Origin: an uncultured Thermoanaerobaculia bacterium
GTDB taxonomy: Bacteria; Acidobacteriota; Thermoanaerobaculia; Thermoanaerobaculales; Sulfomarinibacteraceae
Length of the DNA: 49,311 bases
Reading direction: 5' to 3'
Assembly: GCA_964597585.1 (NCBI GenBank)
Contig: CAZQYU010000002.1
Coordinates: 1-49,311, forward strand
Shown here: in pieces, positions 8,944-20,367 of the stretch
Numbering within the stretch: position 1 is the first letter of the stretch
How the letters are laid out: the number at the start of each line of letters is the position of its first letter
Notes under the pieces: model-generated
Database searches by the model: none
Seen by the model: the letters and a program-made list of their open reading frames with translations, nothing else
What the model was told of the DNA's origin: nothing
Program-made: the position numbers and the translations under genes

Positions 8944-9061
8944 ACGGTTGTCGCTCGCCCCCGGGTGCAACCTCGCCGCCTCATTGACCTTCGGCAGAGA
9001 TCCCCCGGAGCGTTGAGCGTGCTCCGCTGGGCGATGGACACCTCGCGGCGGGAGAAGAAAC

Positions 9062-9091
9062 CGACGGCCGAGCCGTACGGCTCGGCCGTCG
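9062..9091. repeat. 30-bp perfect palindrome in the convergent intergenic region
   Basis: CGACGGCCGAGCCGT|ACGGCTCGGCCGTCG. On the minus strand it is followed by GUUUCUUCUCCC, so it could be the distal intrinsic terminator of the HU transcript. Confidence 0.6.
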
Positions 9092-9163
9092 CTCGCGGCG
9101 GCGACACACCCACCAAGTGACATCCCTGGACCGGGCGGCCGCCTGCCGTACTCCCTTGCCGTG

Positions 9164-9184
9164 CGCACCGACAGGGTCGGTGCG
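9164..9184 (-). terminator. Stem-loop immediately after the HU stop codon
   Basis: CGCACCGAC-AGG-GTCGGTGCG is a 9-bp stem, 5 nt downstream of the hup stop. It has no U-tract. Confidence 0.35.
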
Positions 9185-9189
9185 TCGGA

Positions 9190-9483
9190 CTACTTCTCGA
9201 CGCGCTCGCGCAGCGTCTTGCCCGCCTTGAAATGAACGTACTTCTTGGCGGGAATGGTGATGGTGGCTCCGGTGGCGGGGTTCCGGCCCTGCCGCTTGCC
9301 CCGGCGGCGTGAGGAGAAGGTCCCGAATCCAGGAATCGTGACCTTCTCGTCTGCATCGAGCGCGGTCGCGACGATTCCCTTGCCCGGCTGTGCCGAGAAC
9401 AGCACCTCGAGCACGTCGGCTGCCTTGCCCTGGCTCAGGCCGGTTTTCTTCGCAAGCTTCATCGCCATCTCGGTCTTGTTCAT
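9190..9483 (-). CDS. hup: HU/IHF-family nucleoid-associated DNA-binding protein
   Basis: ORF trimmed to ATG 9483 behind GGAGGA. Sequence: MNKTEMAMKLAKKTGLSQGKAADVLEVLFS...VTIPGFGTFSSRRRGKRQGRNPATGATITIPAKKYVHFKAGKTLRERV. The canonical HU arm motif (GFGxF...R.GRNP.TG) is present. Confidence 0.93.
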   Translation of the reverse strand: MNKTEMAMKLAKKTGLSQGKAADVLEVLFSAQPGKGIVATALDADEKVTIPGFGTFSSRRRGKRQGRNPATGATITIPAKKYVHFKAGKTLRERVEK

Positions 9484-9516
9484 GCGGTCCTCCCTGCACG
9501 GCTGTACTGTGCAGCC

Positions 9517-9546
9517 ATTATTGGTCGCGCCTTTCGGCGGTGTCAA
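9517..9546 (-). promoter_or_regulatory. Candidate sigma70-type promoter of hup
   Basis: The minus strand reads TTGACA (9546-9541), 18 nt, AATAAT (9522-9517). This is about 34 nt upstream of the hup ATG. Such AT-rich hexamers are rare in this GC-rich sequence. Confidence 0.5.
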
Positions 9547-9626
9547 GGGACCCCACGACGAGAAAGGCCTTTCCCGGCTTGTGTTCCCCGGGAGGTGCGG
9601 GTAGCGTGAGCTGGTTGGAGGTGCAC

Positions 9627-10385
9627 ATGGATCTCAGGCTCCGCGGAAAACGAGCTCTCGTCACCGGCTCCTCGCGCGGAATCGGGAGAGCCATCGCACT
9701 GTCCCTGGCGGACTTCAAGGTCGACGTCGCGATCAACTACCTGCGCAACCGGCGACGCGCCGAGGAGACGGCTCGCGAGATCGAGGCGCGGGGGGTGAAC
9801 GCGTTGCTGATCAAGGGAAACGTCGCCAACCCGGATCACGTGGAGGCCCTCTACGAGACCATCAGGGAGCAGTGGGGTGGCCTCGAGATCCTGATTTCCA
9901 ATGCGGCTTCCGGAGTGATCCGACCCGCCAGCGAGCTCACGCTGCACCACTTCCACTGGACCATGGAGATCAACGCCGCCGCCTTGCTGCCCCTGGTTCA
10001 GGGCCTGGTCGCCCTGCCCGCGGCAGGCTCGAAGGTGGTCGTCGCGGTTTCCTCTCTCGGTGCGATCCGGGCGATCCGAAACTACACCGCGGTCGGTGCA
10101 TCGAAGGCCGCCCTGGAATCGATGGTCCGCCACCTCGCGGCGGAGTACGCACCGCTCGGCGTGCGCATCAACGCCGTCTCGGCCGGCACCGTCGACACCG
10201 ACGCGTTGACCCACTTCCCCAACCGTGAAGAGCTCCTCGCCGTGACCCGCGAACGGACCCCGGCCGGCCGTCTGCTCGACCCGCAGGACGTGGCCAACGC
10301 GGTGGTGTATCTGTGTACGGAATTCGCCTCCATGATCCACGGCCAGATCCTGGTGGTGGACGGGGGCTACTCGATCGTCGCCTGA
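9627..10385 (+). CDS. fabL: Enoyl-[acyl-carrier-protein] reductase, FabL-like SDR
   Basis: ORF trimmed to ATG 9627. Sequence: MDLRLRGKRALVTGSSRGIGRAIAL...ISNAASGVIRPASELTLHHFHWTMEINAAALL...YTAVGASKAALESMVRHLA...VSAGTVDTDALTHFPNREELL...TPAGRLL...GQILVVDGGYS. As I recall B. subtilis FabL, the match is block for block. Confidence 0.8.
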   Translation: MDLRLRGKRALVTGSSRGIGRAIALSLADFKVDVAINYLRNRRRAEETAREIEARGVNALLIKGNVANPDHVEALYETIREQWGGLEILISNAASGVIRPASELTLHHFHWTMEINAAALLPLVQGLVALPAAGSKVVVAVSSLGAIRAIRNYTAVGASKAALESMVRHLAAEYAPLGVRINAVSAGTVDTDALTHFPNREELLAVTRERTPAGRLLDPQDVANAVVYLCTEFASMIHGQILVVDGGYSIVA

Positions 10386-10399
10386 GGCGCCCCTCGCCC

Positions 10400-13240
<2,841 letters not shown>

Positions 13241-13439
13241 CGAATCCGTGCTCCACTCTCATCGAACGAGGTCGCCTCGGATTCCCTTCCAGGGCTGCCC
13301 GTCCGTCTGAAAATTTACGCCTGGAGTATACCCGAGATTCTCCGATGCGCGCAGCGCATCGAAAGGAATCCACCAGGCGCTGCCCGAGACCAACCGGCGG
13401 TCGGGCGCTTGCCCTGACCTGCCAGCGCCCGGTGGATCC

Positions 13440-13898
13440 CTAGTGGTGCTCCTTGAGCGCCTGCTCAGCCTCGCGGTCGAGCGTCCGCTGGCGCAACGTC
13501 TCGCGCTTGTCGTGCAGCTGCTTGCCGCGCACCAGCGCAATCTCGACCTTGATCCAGTTGCCCTCCAGGACGACCGCCATCGGCACCACCGTGAATCCCT
13601 TTTCGCGCACTTTGCCGGCAAGGCGGTCGATCTGGCGGCGCTGTAGGAGAAGCTTACGCCGGCGGACCGGCTCGTGGGCGGCGTAGCCCGCGTTTTCGTA
13701 ACCTCCGACGTGGCACCCCACGAGGAAGGCCTCGCCGCCGACGAACTCCACCCACGCATCACGCAGGTTGATCCGGCCGGCTCGCATCGCCTTGACCTCG
13801 CTGCCGGTCAGGACCATGCCGGCGACCTCGCGCTCGAGGATCTCGTAGGCGAACCGGGCGTACCGGTTGACCGCCAGCTGACGCCCCTCGGCGGTCAC
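13440..13898 (-). CDS. smpB: SsrA-binding protein SmpB
   Basis: ORF 13440..14324 trimmed to GTG 13898, which forms a GTGA overlap with the upstream stop. Sequence: VTAEGRQLAVNRYARFAYEILEREVAGMVLTGSEVKAMRAGRINLRDAWVEF...HEPVRRRKLLLQRRQIDRLAGKVREKGFTVVPMAVVLEGNWIKVEIALVRGKQLHDKRE. Confidence 0.9.
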   Translation of the reverse strand: MTAEGRQLAVNRYARFAYEILEREVAGMVLTGSEVKAMRAGRINLRDAWVEFVGGEAFLVGCHVGGYENAGYAAHEPVRRRKLLLQRRQIDRLAGKVREKGFTVVPMAVVLEGNWIKVEIALVRGKQLHDKRETLRQRTLDREAEQALKEHH

Positions 13899-15418
13899 TC
13901 GACGGCCTGCGCCACGACCTCGACGAGGGTCGAGTCGAACTGGTGGCCGGCAGCTGCGCGCAGGATCGCCAGCGCCCGCTCGGACGAGACCGGTCGTCGG
14001 TAGCTGTGGCTCGCCGTGAGCACGTCGTAGACCTCGGCCACGTGGACCAAGCGGGCGAGCTCGGGGATCTCTTCGCCGGACAGCCGGTCCGGATAACCGT
14101 TGCCGTCCCAGCGCTCGTGGTGGTGTCGTACGGCCTCGACGACCGGCTCCAAACCGCATCCGGACAGAATGCGCTCCCCGAGCACCACATGTTGTTGGTA
14201 GAGCCGCCGCTCCTCGGGTCCTGGAGAAGGGTGTCGGTAGAGTCTCTCGTAGTCGAGCTCGCGCATGCCGGTGTCGTGCAGCAGGCCGGCGAGCGCCGCG
14301 TTCTCGACCGCCTCCTCCCCCCATCCGAGCAGGTGTGCCATGCTCCAGGCGAGATGCGAAACCGCCACCGAGTGGGCCTCCAGCTCTGCATACTGCCGCT
14401 CGCCCGGGTTGAGGAGGCGGCGCGCCAGCAGCCTGCGGGCAAACCGGAGCCGGGTCAACTCCTGAGCACTGAGCGCGACCTCACCGAGCTGATGGAGGAC
14501 CATCTCCGCGACGCCCGCTTCGGCTGAGGCGACGACCGACGCCGCCAGCGTCCATCCAGGGAGGTCAAGCAGGATCGCGCTCGACAGCGCGCGGCTGCGC
14601 TCTACGGGACGTCCGACCGCGAAGGTCCGGGCATCGACCCGCCAGGCCGCGGCGTCAGGCACAGGCAGCGAAGCGTGTTCCAGGAGCTGAGCCTGATGTC
14701 GGAGCAGCGCCTGACGATCGGTATCGCCAAGCTCCCCCGCGGCGACGATGCGCGTCGCAGCGTCTCCTCCGGTGGCCACCGTGAGCGCGATCGTGATCTG
14801 CTCTGCGACCGCCGCCCGCAGAGCCGTGGAGAGCACCATCTCGAGGCCCCGGCGGTCGACTCCTGGCTCACCCTCGGCGGCGCGTGCAGGCGCCACGGCC
14901 TCGACCAGCGACACCGGAGGAGGCGCGGCGACCGGCTCCATCGGCTCGTCGAGCTCGGGATAGAGGTGCTCCTGACGGAGGAGGTCGAGCAGGATCCGAG
15001 CGATGGCCGCGGCCCGGCTGAGGTCGGAACGCTCGAAGGGCCGACGTCTGCCCTTGTCCCGCGCATCGACGAAGCCCACCAGTCGGGAGTCGCTGCAGAT
15101 CGGGGCCAGCAGCAGACGGGCCGTCCCGGCGCCCTCGAGGTAGCCGGCGATCTCGGGAAAGTCCTCAGGGTGATTGAAGGCCCGAGGTTTGACCCGCATC
15201 TCTTTCAGCTTCTGGACATAGGGGTCGCCCTGGCCATGGGCGATGGCGAGCTGATCACGGCGGCCGAACCCGTACTGGGTCATGAGGGCGAACGAGCCTT
15301 CCGGCCCGAGCAGGTACAGCGCGGCCTTGGTGCTGTGGATCTCCTCGAGGAACCGGTACAGCAGTTCCTTGAACGCGCGTTCGAGCTCCGACGTCCAGCC
15401 GGCGGGGGTGGCGACCAT
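13895..15418 (-). CDS. GAF-like sensor / HD-GYP domain protein (putative c-di-GMP phosphodiesterase)
   Basis: 507 aa. The C-terminal half carries [11 protein letters not shown] ... [42 protein letters not shown] (HD and GYP signatures). The N-terminal part is GAF-like ([22 protein letters not shown]). Confidence 0.82.
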   Translation of the reverse strand: [507 protein letters not shown]

Positions 15419-15571
15419 GTCTGAAGTGCCTCATCCAGCGGTCGTGGGGACCGCCATCCCCCGAGTGTACCATCGGTCCGTTCGCGGGCCGGGTCCGGCC
15501 CCGGCATCGTAGTCGGAAATCCTGTCAATGCGAGGCCTTACAGACGGGTCCTGTGCTAGAGTGTCGGAGCC

Positions 15572-16087
15572 ATGGCGGTGCTGCTCATCGTGCTCGCGCT
15601 GGCCTCGGGGCTCTCCGGGGAGGCCCTGACCGTCGAGGTTCGGCCCGACCAGGGCGCCGTCAGCGTCGGGCTCCACCTGCAGATCCCACTGCCCGAGGCC
15701 TTCGTCGAGGCGCTGCCCTCCGGCGCTCAGGTCAGGCTCCAGTACCGGCTCCAGCTCCGCTCTCACCGCCGACTGTGGTGGGACCGGAGAGTCTGGCGCG
15801 GGACCGTGACCTCGGTGGTGGCCTTCGACCCGGTCACCGGTCGCTACCGGTGTGAGCTCACCCTCGACGACGTGGTGGTCGCGAGCCGTGAGGTTGGGAC
15901 CGCAGATGAGGCCCGCGGGTGGCTGACCGACCCGCCGGCCGTGCGCCTCGTCCTGCCTCAGGTCGATCGCGCACCGCGCCTGTATGTGCGCGCCCGCGCC
16001 GTCTTTTCGAGCTCCACCACGTGGCTGGTCTTTCCCTCCGTGGAAGGGACCGACTGGAGCGAGGTCGAGCTGGATACGAGTCAGTGA
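15572..16087 (+). CDS. Secreted DUF4390-like protein
   Basis: 171 aa with a signal-like N-terminus (MAVLLIVLALASGLSG). The call rests on my memory of DUF4390 proteins sitting directly upstream of ntrY-type kinases, plus the size and beta-rich pattern. The stop overlaps the kinase GTG (GTGA). It needs HMM confirmation. Confidence 0.5.
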   Translation: MAVLLIVLALASGLSGEALTVEVRPDQGAVSVGLHLQIPLPEAFVEALPSGAQVRLQYRLQLRSHRRLWWDRRVWRGTVTSVVAFDPVTGRYRCELTLDDVVVASREVGTADEARGWLTDPPAVRLVLPQVDRAPRLYVRARAVFSSSTTWLVFPSVEGTDWSEVELDTSQ

Positions 16088-18207
16088 GCGAGTGGGTCCG
16101 GGCCTGGCACCGCTGGCGGCGGCAGAACCGTTTTCTGCTCGCGGCCTTCGTGCTGCTGATGACCCTTTCCGTCGGCGCATTCTACCTGCTGCAACGCACC
16201 CAGGCCGCATCGCCCCGTGAGCTGGCCAACCGCCTCCTCCTGTTCGTCCTCTGGTACCTCGACGTCTCGCTGATCGGCGTGCTCTTGTTCATCCTGCTGC
16301 GCAATCTGGTCCGGCTCGTGCTCGAGCAGCGCGCCGGGGTTCTCGGCAGCCGATTCCGCACCAAGCTCGTGCTGACCTATGTCGGCCTCACCTTCCTGCC
16401 GGTCATCTTCCTCTTCCTGATCGCGACCAACCTCCTCCAGCGCTCTATTGATCGCTGGTTCTCGGCTCCCGTGGAGGAGGTGCTGCGAGGAGGTGCGGCG
16501 GTCACCGTCCAGCTCAGGGAGCTTGCCGAGGACCGGCTCCGTCGCCAGGCCTCCGTCGCGGCAGACGAGCTCCTCGCCGACCGCGGCACGGATCACCTCA
16601 CCGAGCTCCAGGCGCTGCTCGGCGTCGACGTGATCGCCCTCTACCAGGGTCAGCGCCTGGTCCACGCCATCGCCGATCCTCGCCGAATCCCCCGGTCCCT
16701 GCCGCCCCTGCCACCCGGGGAGCTGCTCGCCCCGGGCTCGCGCAGCGACCGCTGGCGGGGCGGGCTCCTGGTTCGGGCCTGGAGCCCGGTGGGGACGAAC
16801 GGCGCCACCGTGGTGGTCGGGGATCTGCTGCCGCGCGAGGTGTTGGTGCACTTGGAGCGGGCGACGGCCGCCGAGGCGGCGTTCCAGGAGATGAAGCTTG
16901 AGCGCGGCGCGATCACCTCCACCACCATTCTGGTGTTCCTCGCCATCACCCTGCTGCTGCTGTTCGCCACTGTTTGGGTAGGTCTCTACCTCTCGCGGCG
17001 CTTTACTGAGCCCCTGCTCGCAGTGGCCGCGGCGACCCAACGTGTCGCAGAGGGCAATCAGCTCGAGGAAGTCGCAATCCCGGCCTCCGACGAGGTCGCC
17101 GCGCTGGTCAACTCCTTCAACGCGATGGTTCGCAGGGTGCGCTCGACCGAACGCGAGATCCTGGCTTCCAACCAGGAACTCGGCACGCTGCTGGCGACGA
17201 TCCCGACCGGTGTTCTCACCATCGCCGGGGACGGCGGCCGCTTCCGGCCCAACCCGTCGGCCGCGCGGCTGCTCGGTCGCACCGCAGAGGCCGGGCAGTG
17301 GCGCGCTCTTGCCGAACTTCCCGAGGCGGTCCGCGCCACCATCGCCGAGCATCTCCACGCGGGAGCCGGGACGATCGCACCCGAGGAGGTGGAGCTCGAG
17401 GTGGAAGGCACCATGCGCCACGTCGAGGTCACGGTGCGGCCACTTGCCGGCGGCGGCCACGTGGTCGCCATGGACGACCTCACCCAACTGGTTCGAGCGC
17501 AGCGCCAGGCCGCGTGGAGCGAGGTCGCGCGCCGGATCGCGCACGAGATCAAGAACCCGCTGACACCGATCCGGCTTGCGGCAGAGCGCATCCAGCGGCG
17601 CACATCCCGGCTTGACGGCAAGCTGCGCGAGGTGGTGGGCGAGAGCTGCGCCGCCATCATCGCGCAGGTCGCCGACCTCAAAGCGCTGGTCGACGCCTTC
17701 CACGAGTATGCGCGGATGCCGGCGGTCAACCCCCGCGGGACGGACGTCGGTCAGCTCCTCCAGGAGGTGGTGGCGCTGTACGGCGGCCTGCGGGACGACC
17801 TTGAGATCCGCCTCGAGCGCCCGGCGGGATCGCTCGCCGCGGTGGTCGATCCGACGCTCCTGCGGCTCGCCCTCGTCAACCTGCTCGACAACGCCGTCGA
17901 GGCCCTTCCGGATGGCGGGCGGGTCATCGTGCGCACGTCGGCCGAGCAGCGTTCCCTGGTCCTCGAGGTCGAGGACGATGGAGTCGGGCTGCCCACTGAC
18001 GACGCAACGCTCCTGGTCCAGCCCTTCTACTCGACCAAGGGTCGGGGGTCAGGCATGGGTCTCGCGCTGGTCCAGCGGATCGTGGTCGACCACGGCGGGA
18101 GCCTCGAGCTCGAGCGCCGCCAGCCACGAGGGACACGGGCCCGCGTCGTGCTTCCGGGCGCCCTGATCGGCGACACCGGCGCAGAGTTCGGCACCGCCGT
18201 TCGTTGA
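16084..18207 (+). CDS. ntrY: NtrY-like sensor histidine kinase (multi-TM, HAMP, PAS, HisKA, HATPase_c)
   Basis: ORF 15919..18207 trimmed to GTG 16084. It has N-terminal TM helices, a HAMP region (LSRRFTEPLLAVAAATQRVAEG...LVNSFNAMVRRV) and the H-box RIAHEIKNPLTPIRLAAERIQRR. The N and G boxes are NLLDNAVEA and STKGRGSGMGLALV. No receiver domain is present. Confidence 0.85.
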   Translation: MSEWVRAWHRWRRQNRFLLAAFVLLMTLSVGAFYLLQRTQAASPRELANRLLLFVLWYLDVSLIGVLLFILLRNLVRLVLEQRAGVLGSRFRTKLVLTYVGLTFLPVIFLFLIATNLLQRSIDRWFSAPVEEVLRGGAAVTVQLRELAEDRLRRQASVAADELLADRGTDHLTELQALLGVDVIALYQGQRLVHAIADPRRIPRSLPPLPPGELLAPGSRSDRWRGGLLVRAWSPVGTNGATVVVGDLLPREVLVHLERATAAEAAFQEMKLERGAITSTTILVFLAITLLLLFATVWVGLYLSRRFTEPLLAVAAATQRVAEGNQLEEVAIPASDEVAALVNSFNAMVRRVRSTEREILASNQELGTLLATIPTGVLTIAGDGGRFRPNPSAARLLGRTAEAGQWRALAELPEAVRATIAEHLHAGAGTIAPEEVELEVEGTMRHVEVTVRPLAGGGHVVAMDDLTQLVRAQRQAAWSEVARRIAHEIKNPLTPIRLAAERIQRRTSRLDGKLREVVGESCAAIIAQVADLKALVDAFHEYARMPAVNPRGTDVGQLLQEVVALYGGLRDDLEIRLERPAGSLAAVVDPTLLRLALVNLLDNAVEALPDGGRVIVRTSAEQRSLVLEVEDDGVGLPTDDATLLVQPFYSTKGRGSGMGLALVQRIVVDHGGSLELERRQPRGTRARVVLPGALIGDTGAEFGTAVR

Positions 18208-18243
18208 CCCGCCTCGCGCCCGCTTGCTACCATCGCGGACGCA

Positions 18244-20367
18244 ATGGTGTATCCGGGGAATCCAGAGCTTTCGGGCCAGGCGCAAGAACGGGTGATGACT
18301 GCATTCCGTCAGGTCGTCGCCAAGCTCCAGGATGGCCGCCGCGAGGAGGCCCTGATCGGGCTCGAGTTCGTGCTTCGCCTCGATCCGTCCTTCGCTCCGG
18401 CCAAGAATCTCCAGCACCAACTGGCCTCCGGCTCCGCCGAGATCGACCTTTCCGAGATCATTGCGCAGCTACGCGCTCCGACGACCGACGCCATCAACCA
18501 GTTCCTGGTCGAGGCGGTGGAGCTGTTCAACCAGCGCCAGTTTCTCGATGCCAAGGAGATGGTCGAACGGGTGCTGGCCGATCTACCCGGCCACCCCGAG
18601 GCCCGCCAGTTGCTGGGCCAGATCCAGAACTGCCTTAAGGTCGAAGGCCAGGTCGGGCAGTTCCTGGCGCAGGCTCGCGAGGCCCTCGACCTCGGAGACC
18701 CTCAGGAGGCCGCGAACTTCGTCCTCATGGCCCAGGCCCTGGACCCACACCATCCCGGTATCTCGCCGATGCTCGAAGCCATCCAGTCGGCCGGAGGGAG
18801 CACCGCGAACCTCGGCCCATTGGACGGCGGCCATGACGCCGAGAACGACGACATCGCGATCTCATTCGCGACCGTTGACGACCGCGACCCGGGCTTTGCT
18901 GCGGATCTGGCCGACGCCGCCGCACCGCTCCAGGATGATTTCGCCTCGCCTGCCCAGCCCGCCACCCAAGAGCCCCACGACGACTTCTTCGGCGCCGGCG
19001 AGGTTGACTTCGGGGGGGAGCCGGGGGGCGACGAGATGGGTGATCTCTCCGACCTCTTCGAGGTCGACGCGGTCGCGCAGCAACCCGCGGCGCCGGAGCG
19101 TCCGCCGATTCCCGACCAGGGGAACCAGGAAGCGAGCCGGATCGAGCAGCTGCTCGCTACCGGCTCGACGGCCTTTGATCAGGGCGACTACCAGGGTGCC
19201 ATCGACGCCTGGTCGAGGATCTACCTCATCGACCCCGCGCATGACGAGGCCACCGAGCGCATTGACGAGGCCCGGCGCCGCAAGGAGGAGATCGACCGCC
19301 GCGTCGAGCACATGCTGTACGACGCCCAGGAGGCGGCGGTCTCCGGCGACAGCACCAAGGCCCGCCGGCTGGTCGACGAGGTGCTCGCCCTGCAGCCCAA
19401 CCACATCGAGGCAATCGAGCTCCGCGACAGCCTCGACAGCGCCGGAGCGGGTGCTGTCGCGGCACGGGACGTCGACGCCGACGTACCGTCGATGCCCGAC
19501 CTCGAAGACGATCTCTTCCAGGAGGACCTTCCCGCCGACCGCGAGCTCGCTGTGGCGCATGTGGACCTCGCCGACCACGAAGCGAGCTCGCCGTCAGGGG
19601 CTCTGCCGGCTCCGGCCAGGCGCGGGCTGCCCGTGCGTGCTTTGGTGTTCGCTCTCATCGGGCTCGTGGTTCTCGCCCTCGGAGTCTGGTTCGGTTCCCG
19701 GCTGCTCTCTTCGAACACGGAGGCCGACCAGACAGAGGCCCTCAATCGGGCGCTGGTCCAGGCTGAGGCGCTGTTCAAGCAAGGGCACACCGAGGAGGCG
19801 ATCGAGCTCCTTCATGAGTTTCCCGCGACGGGACTCGACCAGACTCGCATCGCCCGCCGCCTGGCCCGTTACCAGCAGGCCCTGGCGCCCCCGACGCCGA
19901 CTCCCGTGGCGCAGACTCTGGTGGACGCGCGGGCCGCTCTCGAAGAAGGGCGCTGGCTGGCGGCCTACCGGGCCGCGATGGAGGGTCTCAAGCGTTCACC
20001 ACAGGACAGCGGCATGCTTGAGGTCCGGGCGAAGGTCCTCGAGCACGAGCCCCGCCTCGCGACCTTGTACAACCTTCTCCAGTCCGGAGACACACGAGCC
20101 GCGGTCAATGTCGCCCGCGATCTCGCCCGGGACTACCCCGACAGCCCCGAGGTCGGCGCAGAGCTCGATCGGGTGCTGTTCAATGCGGCCGTCGACGAGC
20201 TCCGCGGCTACAACTTGACCGGCGGCGAGGGACTCCTGCGTGAGCTGTCGCGCCGCCGTCCCGACGACGCCGTGGTCGCGCGGACGCTGGAGCTGATCGA
20301 GAAGTACAAGTCGCGCCCGGTCGATCCGCTGATGGAAACCTACATCGCGAGCCTTGGTTCGAGATGA
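18244..20367 (+). CDS. TPR-repeat membrane protein with an acidic low-complexity linker
   Basis: 707 aa. TPR-like helical repeats occur throughout (GDYQGAIDAWSRIYLIDPAHDEA, ARRLVDEVLALQPNHIEA, others). There is a D/E-rich segment and one TM helix (VRALVFALIGLVVLALGVWFG) about 470 aa in, followed by more TPR-like helices. The start is uncertain (alternative ATG 18295). Confidence 0.6.
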   Translation: MVYPGNPELSGQAQERVMTAFRQVVAKLQDGRREEALIGLEFVLRLDPSFAPAKNLQHQLASGSAEIDLSEIIAQLRAPTTDAINQFLVEAVELFNQRQFLDAKEMVERVLADLPGHPEARQLLGQIQNCLKVEGQVGQFLAQAREALDLGDPQEAANFVLMAQALDPHHPGISPMLEAIQSAGGSTANLGPLDGGHDAENDDIAISFATVDDRDPGFAADLADAAAPLQDDFASPAQPATQEPHDDFFGAGEVDFGGEPGGDEMGDLSDLFEVDAVAQQPAAPERPPIPDQGNQEASRIEQLLATGSTAFDQGDYQGAIDAWSRIYLIDPAHDEATERIDEARRRKEEIDRRVEHMLYDAQEAAVSGDSTKARRLVDEVLALQPNHIEAIELRDSLDSAGAGAVAARDVDADVPSMPDLEDDLFQEDLPADRELAVAHVDLADHEASSPSGALPAPARRGLPVRALVFALIGLVVLALGVWFGSRLLSSNTEADQTEALNRALVQAEALFKQGHTEEAIELLHEFPATGLDQTRIARRLARYQQALAPPTPTPVAQTLVDARAALEEGRWLAAYRAAMEGLKRSPQDSGMLEVRAKVLEHEPRLATLYNLLQSGDTRAAVNVARDLARDYPDSPEVGAELDRVLFNAAVDELRGYNLTGGEGLLRELSRRRPDDAVVARTLELIEKYKSRPVDPLMETYIASLGSR

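Noticed and set aside
9034-9120. A 28-codon ORF (MDTSRREKKPTAEPYGSAVARGGDTPTK) in the long convergent spacer.
   Set aside because: It has no SD and spans the 30-bp palindrome. It shows no hydrophobic or otherwise recognisable small-protein character, so it is most likely chance.
13241-13439. I looked for an ssrA (tmRNA) gene next to smpB.
   Set aside because: Only 199 bp are available, whereas tmRNA is about 350 nt. There is no tRNA-like acceptor or GGTTCGAAT-type T-loop. The only such T-loops in the window belong to the two tRNA-Ser genes.
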